Assembly: GCF_017876815.1 (NCBI RefSeq)
Contig: NZ_JAGIOS010000002.1
Span: forward strand, 1,350,001-1,382,000
Reading direction: 5' to 3'
DNA: 32,000 nucleotides
Source of the DNA: Sinorhizobium meliloti
GTDB taxonomy: Bacteria; Pseudomonadota; Alphaproteobacteria; Rhizobiales; Rhizobiaceae
Part shown: one piece after another, positions 25,561 to 32,000 of the stretch
Position numbering within the stretch: position 1 is the first letter of the stretch
Layout: each line of letters begins with the position of its first letter
Translations under genes and position numbers: made by a program
Notes under the pieces: model-generated
What the model was told of the DNA's origin: nothing
The model's input: only the letters and a program-made list of their open reading frames with translations
Databases searched by the model: none

Positions 25561-27096
25561 TCAAGAATAAAGTCGAAAATTATCAAGTCGCGGCTCCGGT
25601 GCGATGTTCCACGGCAACAAGTCGTCAATTCTGTTGATCGGATGATCGGCGCTGCCGGTAAGGACGTCGCACCTGGGGTTATCAATGCGAGGCCGAGGTC
25701 GTCCGGGTAATCCTCGACCTCTTACTACGAAGTTTTCCACTGACGAGTCCGCCAAGCTCTTCTCGCCAGGGCTTGCGTCCAATGTCCAGACACTGCTCCC
25801 CAATAGAAACATCAACCATACGTAGGTCGCACCGTGGAAGTGCACGGTGCATCCGACAAAAAAGAGGGCCATCAAACTTATGAGAAGAGAGAGCCGAAAG
25901 GTATCCTCTTTCTCGTCAAGTCCCTTCTTGAAGGCCATCGCGCCGGTTAGCCAAAGGCAGGAGCCCAACATCAGAACGACTGCCGGAATCCCGTGCCGGA
26001 TCGCAATGAGAAGCCAAAAATTGTCGACGCTGGCAGATCCCATCCATGACGGGCGTGCATACTCAGTGAGACCGATACCCAAGATGGGATGGTTAAGTAC
26101 TGAAGCTGATCCGAACTCCCATATGGCTAGACGATACCAGCCCGTCTGTGCGTCAAACGTAAAATGGGAGATATAGAATTTTACCGGCGTTTGGTTGGAT
26201 CCGAACTCCACGACAAGATAGGCAATAAAAGCAAGTCCCCACAGGATCTTCCACCGATACTTGATTTTTCCGAGGAACCAATTCCACCCTGTCAGGGCGG
26301 TCTGGATCATCAAGCCTGCAATAGGTGCCGACGACATCGACAGAAAGGCTGTGGCACCGACCGCCGCTGGCAACAGCCAGCGCAAAACACCTCTGCGACG
26401 GCCCAATATGACATAGGCGACCGCAAGAAGGCTCCCGCAGAAAAGACCGAATTCGATCGGATGACTGAACGGGCCCTGAACTCGCCAGAAACCCCATCGC
26501 GGGCCCATCGTGGTGATTTCAACCGTGGGGAAGATCGCGCTCAACGCCGTAAGAATTGGCTTACTGCCAGAGATCCACTCGTACAGAGCAAATGGCGACA
26601 AAAGAATCACCACTTTTGCCCAAAGCAGAGTCATTTTGTATAAATCTCCTGCAGACCTTATAAAGCAACGCCCGAGAAAATACGCGCCAACTGTTTCTAT
26701 GAATAGTATTCCGGCCGGTTCCACTGCAGAGTCAATGCCATGAGCGGCAACTAAGGTTATGCCGACCCAAAGGGAGAATAGGATAAATCCAATATCGGGA
26801 ACTCTGATGCGGCCGGCCTTGCCGCGCACCCACATGATCAGCGACAGAGGAAGCGTGCCGACGAGGACAAATCGGTAGACCGACAGGTTGAATGTGCCCA
26901 ACGGGATTACCCATGGAATGACGAGACCAATGAGGAAAATAGCTACCGGCAGACGCAATCCCGTTTTCGACTGCAGCGTCCCCGAGCGGTGGCTGGAGCG
27001 CAGGCCATATCTGCTGGCGCGCGGACGCATTTCGGCGGCCGTCCCTGAAGTGAGCGGATCCAATGGAGCTTCCGCTGCGCGTGCTACAATCTTCAT
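25561..27096 (-). CDS. O-antigen ligase/polymerase (Wzy-like) family integral membrane protein
   Basis: 511 aa with at least 10 hydrophobic helices, a large loop and a Wzy_C-like region (AFLSMSSAPIAGLMIQTALTGW). ATG 27096 is preceded by GAGGAG. Confidence 0.7.
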   Translation of the reverse strand: MKIVARAAEAPLDPLTSGTAAEMRPRASRYGLRSSHRSGTLQSKTGLRLPVAIFLIGLVIPWVIPLGTFNLSVYRFVLVGTLPLSLIMWVRGKAGRIRVPDIGFILFSLWVGITLVAAHGIDSAVEPAGILFIETVGAYFLGRCFIRSAGDLYKMTLLWAKVVILLSPFALYEWISGSKPILTALSAIFPTVEITTMGPRWGFWRVQGPFSHPIEFGLFCGSLLAVAYVILGRRRGVLRWLLPAAVGATAFLSMSSAPIAGLMIQTALTGWNWFLGKIKYRWKILWGLAFIAYLVVEFGSNQTPVKFYISHFTFDAQTGWYRLAIWEFGSASVLNHPILGIGLTEYARPSWMGSASVDNFWLLIAIRHGIPAVVLMLGSCLWLTGAMAFKKGLDEKEDTFRLSLLISLMALFFVGCTVHFHGATYVWLMFLLGSSVWTLDASPGEKSLADSSVENFVVRGRGLPGRPRPRIDNPRCDVLTGSADHPINRIDDLLPWNIAPEPRLDNFRLYS

Positions 27097-27113
27097 TGCG
27101 CTCCTCAGCAGGT

Positions 27114-27638
27114 CTAGATTGAAATATTGAAATCATATCGATGTAGAAATACGCGATCAGCTTGGCAAAAGGTCGAGTTAGCCCCCTCCATTTGACCGAT
27201 CGAAAGCGTGCCGCCCATGCCGGCACGGCCCGCCTTCAGCATCTTGCCGCGCGGACATTTAAGGGTATCGTGCTTGGCGTCGTAACGAAAACGGTGCATA
27301 GGCACAGGGCTAGGGATTGGCTCTGCATTTGCCGGAATAACCGCTTCGATCGCGCTTTGCTCCATACCTGCGACACGCGGCAGGGTCGGTGACTCAGACT
27401 TTCTTGTATTTGCCTGTTTTGCGGTTTTTTTCTCGCTCTCAGCGGCTTCGTTGGCGTCGGTGACCGCATCTATATGGCGGGCCGCAAGACTTTCCCAACT
27501 GACGTCGGCCCGGATGAGTGAGGCGTCGACATGAACGACCTCACCAATGTTGACTTTGGCCGCTACGCAGACCTTTACCGTCCGCTCAAAAATAGTTCGG
27601 AAACGTTCTGCACCCCAGCGCTGACGGATACGGGTCAA
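27114..27638 (-). pseudogene. IS5/IS1182-family transposase fragment
   Basis: The text TRIRQRWGAERFRTIFERTVKVCVAAKVNIGEVVHVDASLIRADVSW (DUF772-type N-terminal region) and FRYDAKHDTLKCPRGKML (Zn-ribbon-like segment) are both present. The DDE core between and after them is missing. Confidence 0.6.
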
Positions 27639-27919
27639 CGACGAATGGTCCGGGGGAGCAGCGAAATAGCGATACTAACTTGAGCCTCGCGTATCAACCG
27701 GCGGTCATGCAAGCATCAACCGGACTGCAACTTCCGGATCAATGCCGGGTCGACCAAATCCCGTCGCAGAGAGCTCATACTTCTTTAGGGAGGAGATCCC
27801 GAAAAGTGCCGCACACGTACAAGCTGATCGCGTTCCTTACGGCCGAGCATCGGGGAGGCTCCAGAGAATCAACGGATACTCAATGGAATAATGGAATCAG
27901 ATAGATAGCACTTCATCAA

Positions 27920-28382
27920 CAGCCCCGGGGTCCACTTCATGCGCAAGGTTCTTGCCCACGGCGGCAAGAGCGGCCGGCGTATCGTCTCCGCCTTCATCGC
28001 CCCGCCTCGCCCAGGAGACGCCAGAGCCGCCACCGCTCAATGGCGCGCCGTCGCCGACCAGATCCGGCCGGAGGTCCTCAAGCTCGCCGCCACTCGTGGA
28101 TGATGCCGAGAGAGCCGTTCTCGTCCACATGACCTTCCCGAAGGAGCACCTCGTCAAGCTGCACTCGACCAACCCGATCGAGCGCCTCAACGGCGAAATC
28201 AAGCGCAGGACCGGGGTCGTCGGCATCTTCCCCAATGATGACACCCTCGTCCGCCTCGCCGGCGCGATCCTGCTCGAGCAGAACGGCGAAAGGGTCGTCC
28301 ACGCGCCGGCTATAGAACGGTGGAAACCATGAGCCAGATGAGCGATGATCCGGTCGACAGCCTGCCAGCCGTGGCGCGCTGA
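27920..28382 (+). pseudogene. C-terminal fragment of a second, different IS256-family transposase, frameshifted
   Basis: Frame 1 reads VHFMRKVLAHGGKSGRRIVSAFIA. Frame 2 reads DDAERAVLVHMTFPKEHLVKLHSTNPIERLNGEIKRRTGVVGIFPNDDTLVRLAGAILLEQNGE. Frame 3 continues ...RTVETMSQMSDDPVDSLPAVAR*. The minus-strand ORFs here are antisense shadows. Confidence 0.7.
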
Positions 28383-28489
28383 TCATCCCGGCCCATGCCG
28401 GAGAACGCGGGGACCAAAGCCGCCACCTATACCACTTCCTGGGACATGATCCGGGCCTGGGTGTTGCCCGTGAGCTCGGCCGGTTATTA

Positions 28490-28680
28490 GGAGCGGCAAA
28501 CCGACGATGATCGTCAGCGAACCAAGGTGGATTGGCACTGCATCGCTCCTGGCAAGCCTCTCCAGAACACCTTCCTCGAGAGCTTCAATGGTCGGCTGCG
28601 AGACGCGTTCTTGAATGAAACCCTGTTCTCATCTCTGAACCATGCTCGATCAGCGCTTTCAATCTGGCGCCGCGGCTACT
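28490..28680 (+). pseudogene. IS3-family OrfB (integrase core) C-terminal fragment
   Basis: The text [49 protein letters not shown] matches the conserved IS3 tail [21 protein letters not shown]...F.SL..AR.....WR..YN. Upstream, GKPTMIVSE appears in another frame. Confidence 0.65.
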
Positions 28681-28831
28681 GTTTCATAACATCCACCTGT
28701 TTATGTCGTTGAAAGGAATAGTCTTTGCTGATCGGCATGCGATCCGGCGGGGTATGTCAAGCGAAGCGAGGAATTGACCCCCCTATTGCCTCACCCAGGA
28801 ATGTTACTGAAGTTGGGGCACCGAGATGCCA

Positions 28832-28865
28832 CGTATCTCCTCCGGCCGCGGCGGGAGGAGATACG
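28832..28865. repeat. Perfect 12-bp-stem palindrome (cgtatctcctcc / ggaggagatacg) with a 10-nt GC-rich loop
   Basis: Read directly from the sequence. It lies about 150 nt downstream of the beta-helix gene stop. No U-tract follows on either strand. Confidence 0.6.
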
Positions 28866-29011
28866 GACGCGCACTTCATCCAGTCGCCATTGATTATGAT
28901 CTGCCCGGCTATTTCCATACGCCAAGCCTCGACGGCCATCTGCACCGTCCGCAGCCGCTCGATGAAGCTTGCCCGCCAGTGAGGCGGACAAGCTCCCGCA
29001 GTTCCCAGTTC

Positions 29012-30418
29012 TTAAGCGGCGAAGTCCCAATTTGCAAAAGAGTGGTTGTGGGTGAAACCGTCGAACTGGTGCGCCGTGTAGTCATCCGATGCCGTCGTCG
29101 CATCGTCAGCCGATGCTGCAGTGGAGAATTCCTCCTCGGAATACGCGCCAGCAGCTTTGTCAGTGGAGGCCCAGGTAGGGGCCGCCGCATCCCTGCCAGT
29201 GTCGACAGCATCATGCTTGTTGGCACCGTTCGACAGCTTGTCGAACACGACGTGATCAACACCGCTCAGCCAAGTGTTCGCATTGGTATCGTTCGGATCA
29301 GGCGCGGTCGTCGACCCCGCGACGTGCGGCTCCTGCTGAGTAGAACTGCCACTGCCATTTGAAGCGGTTTCACCGGTCGATGCGCCTGACGGAACTCCGG
29401 ACGATATGCCATCATCCTCCGTGGACGTGCTTCCGCCCGTCAACTCGTCTGCCGATGTAACTTCTTGCACGGTAGTCCCGCCACTAGTCGTGGAAGCTTC
29501 TTCGCCGATAGAGGAAGACGTACTTTCAACTGTAGGTTCGATGGTGCCACTTGCTGGGGAGTTTGTGATTCCCGCTGATGTAGCATCGTCCGGGGCGAGG
29601 CCGGCCCCGACGCCTCCGCCGCTTATCTCACTCGGTGAGGTCCCCGCCGGAAGCTCGGTGTTGCCTGAAATTGTGGGGGAGGCGTTGTCTACTGAGTAGT
29701 AGCCGTACCCCCCCATCGAAAGGTGGTTGTCGGTGATGGAAACGTTCGTAATCGGACCGCCATTAGCTCTGCCGTCTACGTAGATGTCATACCCGGGAGT
29801 TCCGCCCAGAAAATTGTTGGTTACATTGACGTCATTAATTGCCCCAAAATCGTTCTTGATGAACACAGCCGACGTGTCGCGCGCGAGGATGGTATTACCC
29901 TCGATCAGAACGCCGTCCTGGCCACCCTGCACCGAAATGCCGTCATAGTGCGGATCGGAAGCGCTGTCTTCGAGATCGTGGATGTAGTTCCCCTTCACCG
30001 CGCTTGAACCGCCTGTCAACGTGATACCGTTCTCGACTTGGGAGATATCGTTGCGCAGGAAGGTCCCGCTGCCGAGGATAGCCGAGTTGCTGTCACCGGA
30101 GGAGCCTGGCCCTACGATATCGCTGTCCTGGATGGTGAAGTTGTTCGCGCCCTCGGCATCGACGCCCCAAGTCGAATCAAACGTGATCTCACTGTTTTTG
30201 ATCACCACATCGTCAGCCATGACACGGAGGGGTCCGTTGATGATCATGCCATCGATCACGGTCCCGTTCTCTGTAATGGTCATCGGTCCGGTGTATTCTG
30301 TCAGAGTTGTGCCGGCCGGAACGCCCGTATTCGTTGCATTAGGATATGTTGTTATTGTCACTTTCGAAGTACCTTTCTTTCTCGCCCCTACCCCTAAACT
30401 GATTGGTGCTTGAAGCAC
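29012..30418 (-). CDS. Right-handed parallel beta-helix repeat protein with acidic Ser/Thr/Gly-rich C-terminal region; candidate secreted polysaccharide depolymerase (glycanase/lyase)
   Basis: 468 aa. An alternative start is GTG 30361. PbH1-type repeats include IIKNSEITF, NFTIQDSDIVG, GITLTGGSSAVKGNYIHD, GISVQGGQDGVLIEGNTI and NVSITDNHL. No N-terminal signal peptide or TM helix was seen. The C-terminal about 200 aa are low-complexity, acidic and almost free of Lys/Arg, and end in ...NWDFAA. Confidence 0.8.
   Translation of the reverse strand: MLQAPISLGVGARKKGTSKVTITTYPNATNTGVPAGTTLTEYTGPMTITENGTVIDGMIINGPLRVMADDVVIKNSEITFDSTWGVDAEGANNFTIQDSDIVGPGSSGDSNSAILGSGTFLRNDISQVENGITLTGGSSAVKGNYIHDLEDSASDPHYDGISVQGGQDGVLIEGNTILARDTSAVFIKNDFGAINDVNVTNNFLGGTPGYDIYVDGRANGGPITNVSITDNHLSMGGYGYYSVDNASPTISGNTELPAGTSPSEISGGGVGAGLAPDDATSAGITNSPASGTIEPTVESTSSSIGEEASTTSGGTTVQEVTSADELTGGSTSTEDDGISSGVPSGASTGETASNGSGSSTQQEPHVAGSTTAPDPNDTNANTWLSGVDHVVFDKLSNGANKHDAVDTGRDAAAPTWASTDKAAGAYSEEEFSTAASADDATTASDDYTAHQFDGFTHNHSFANWDFAA
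29614..30329. repeat. Segmental duplication, copy 1 (inside the beta-helix gene)
   Basis: Positions 29651-30329 read identical to 31322-32000 in a line-by-line comparison. The 37 nt at the junction end differ by 1 substitution and a 1-nt indel. Confidence 0.95.
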
Positions 30419-30699
30419 CTTTGTGCGAGTTCGGCTAATACCTTCTTGATACGCCGAAAGCGGCTCTAGAGACGAAAAATGGCGCGTCTAGGGCAACAAT
30501 AATTAACCATCTCCATGAGATAGGACCGTTTCGGATGCCACATTTCGGCCACAAGCCCGAATGGGATATATTAAATATGACTAATTATTTTAATGAAATT
30601 AGTGCCATGTGTGCTGGTGGCGCACGTGCCGATGAGCACAAAAAGAAGCGTGGGCGAGAGGGTTGGTCACGCTTTTGTTGTGGACAAATAAAAAATTTT

Positions 30700-30900
30700 T
30701 CTTCGCCAGGTCGATGATTTGGCAGTCCGGGAGCGATGTAACTGACGGATTGCCGCTCTCTCCGGCATGGGCGGGGAAGATCCGCGTGCCACGGCGGGCG
30801 ACCTTATAGAGACAAACAAAGCCAAGGTCGTTTCAATGATCTCCTCGATCCGCACGAGGTGGCTCGGAAGGGAGCCGCGATTGGCTGTAGGGGTTTGGAG
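30700..30900 (-). pseudogene. Possible IS66-family transposase (TnpC) remnant
   Basis: The minus-strand text NRGSLPSHLVRIEEIIE resembles the RxxLPxHLPRxExxxEP segment of IS66 transposases. The downstream text is only vaguely similar in shifted frames. Confidence 0.3.
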
Positions 30901-30989
30901 TGTTGTCTGCTCGAAGGCGCCCGCCAATCATCTGCAATTGCCGAGCTACGCCATGCGGTTGGACACGACCAGGAGACAGATGGCACGCT

Positions 30990-31098
30990 TATTTAGGCCG
31001 GGAGATTCCACATGGCGAGCCATGCGCCGGGCAAACGGCTAGAGATCAACTTAGTGCCATCGGAAGTTTCCAATAGAGGAAGTCGTGGTTACCGCATC
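30990..31098. repeat. Diverged repeat block 1, copy B
   Basis: See 16076-16187. Confidence 0.7.
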
Positions 31099-31181
31099 AG
31101 TGCAACAAGAACGGCGCGGCCGTTGGACAAGCCGCTCCGGAAAGCTTTTTTGACTACTGTACCGCGGGAAATTCGGATCCT

Positions 31182-31285
31182 CTGCCATTATCCAGATTGC
31201 CGACTAGGCAACGCTAGTGATTTGACATGCAATTGCGGATCTGCGGCAAATTTGGACGGATTGATCGTCGTCCAATCCGGAACGT
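31182..31285. repeat. Diverged repeat block 2, copy B (contains the TTGCC-N5-GGCAA palindrome at 31197-31211)
   Basis: See 16524-16626. Similarity to copy A stops at ccggaacg (31284), exactly where the beta-helix duplication begins. Confidence 0.75.
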
Positions 31286-32000
31286 CTCCGCCGCTTATCT
31301 CACCCGGTGAGGTCCCGCCGGAAGCTCGGTGTTGCCTGAAATTGTGGGGGAGGCGTTGTCTACTGAGTAGTAGCCGTACCCCCCCATCGAAAGGTGGTTG
31401 TCGGTGATGGAAACGTTCGTAATCGGACCGCCATTAGCTCTGCCGTCTACGTAGATGTCATACCCGGGAGTTCCGCCCAGAAAATTGTTGGTTACATTGA
31501 CGTCATTAATTGCCCCAAAATCGTTCTTGATGAACACAGCCGACGTGTCGCGCGCGAGGATGGTATTACCCTCGATCAGAACGCCGTCCTGGCCACCCTG
31601 CACCGAAATGCCGTCATAGTGCGGATCGGAAGCGCTGTCTTCGAGATCGTGGATGTAGTTCCCCTTCACCGCGCTTGAACCGCCTGTCAACGTGATACCG
31701 TTCTCGACTTGGGAGATATCGTTGCGCAGGAAGGTCCCGCTGCCGAGGATAGCCGAGTTGCTGTCACCGGAGGAGCCTGGCCCTACGATATCGCTGTCCT
31801 GGATGGTGAAGTTGTTCGCGCCCTCGGCATCGACGCCCCAAGTCGAATCAAACGTGATCTCACTGTTTTTGATCACCACATCGTCAGCCATGACACGGAG
31901 GGGTCCGTTGATGATCATGCCATCGATCACGGTCCCGTTCTCTGTAATGGTCATCGGTCCGGTGTATTCTGTCAGAGTTGTGCCGGCCGGAACGCCCGTA
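31286..32000. repeat. Segmental duplication, copy 2 (runs off the window end)
   Basis: See 29614-30329. Confidence 0.95.
31295..32000 (-). pseudogene. Truncated paralog of the beta-helix protein: N-terminal beta-helix domain only, partial at the window edge
   Basis: The protein is identical to residues about 31-265 of the 29012-30418 product. A 1-nt deletion (cccc to ccc at about 31314) shifts the frame, so it ends ...SGNTELPAGPHRVR* and lacks the whole Ser/Thr-rich acidic tail. Confidence 0.8.

Noticed and set aside
29012-30418. RTX (GGxGxD) calcium-binding repeats in the candidate T1SS substrate
   Set aside because: I searched the translation by eye. Only GGGVGAG-type glycine runs are present, with no nonapeptide periodicity. 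It is therefore not an RTX protein, and the secretion hypothesis rests on the other features only.
30535-30717. 60-aa plus-strand ORF in the AT-rich region upstream of the beta-helix gene
   Set aside because: It has no Shine-Dalgarno sequence and lies in what is more plausibly the promoter region of the minus-strand beta-helix gene. It has no recognisable family.
31012-31407. 131-aa plus-strand ORF spanning repeat copy B and the duplication junction
   Set aside because: It reads through two unrelated repeat segments and through the antisense of the beta-helix copy, so it is a by-product of the chimeric junction rather than a gene.
1-32000. CRISPR arrays, tRNA/rRNA genes, and toxin-antitoxin or restriction-type defence genes
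   Set aside because: No regularly spaced short direct repeats, cloverleaf-like or rRNA-like sequence, or recognisable defence-protein motifs were seen in either strand's ORFs. This is a by-eye assessment only.

Overview
The window looks like an accessory surface-polysaccharide locus from a high-G+C alphaproteobacterium. A Rhizobiales origin is inferred from the PrsDE-like secretion genes, the IS content and a dispersed intergenic repeat.

Layout, left to right:
- 379-1119: sulfotransferase.
- 1664-4958 (minus): a PrtD/HlyB-type ABC exporter and a HlyD adaptor, forming a type I secretion (T1SS) pair. A frameshifted relic of a cadherin-like repeat adhesin lies just upstream.
- 6211-8314 (minus): two glycosyltransferases.
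- 8503-14188 (plus): a compact operon of GNAT-like acyltransferase, adenylate-forming ligase, PLP decarboxylase, stand-alone carrier protein, GT2 and CE4 deacetylase.
- 14350-16056 (minus): SAM methyltransferase and 2OG-Fe(II) oxygenase.
- 16564-18798 (plus): a GT-B glycosyltransferase followed by a decayed GT2 pseudogene.
- 19193-20476: an IS256-family element with good inverted repeats and a 6-bp flanking repeat, but an internally scrambled transposase.
- about 20500-27100: a visibly lower-G+C block with a GT2, glf (UDP-galactopyranose mutase), a 739-aa CgeB-like multidomain protein and a Wzy/O-antigen-ligase-like membrane protein.
- 27114-28700: stacked fragments of IS1182/IS5, IS256 and IS3 elements.
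- 29012-30418 (minus): a signal-peptide-less right-handed beta-helix protein with an acidic Ser/Thr/Gly-rich tail, a candidate T1SS-secreted glycanase. Its 5' about 715 bp recur almost identically at 31286-32000, fused to a diverged copy of the leader found upstream of the 16564 glycosyltransferase.

No tRNA, rRNA or CRISPR array was recognised. All family assignments come from reading motifs in the supplied translations; no database search was run.
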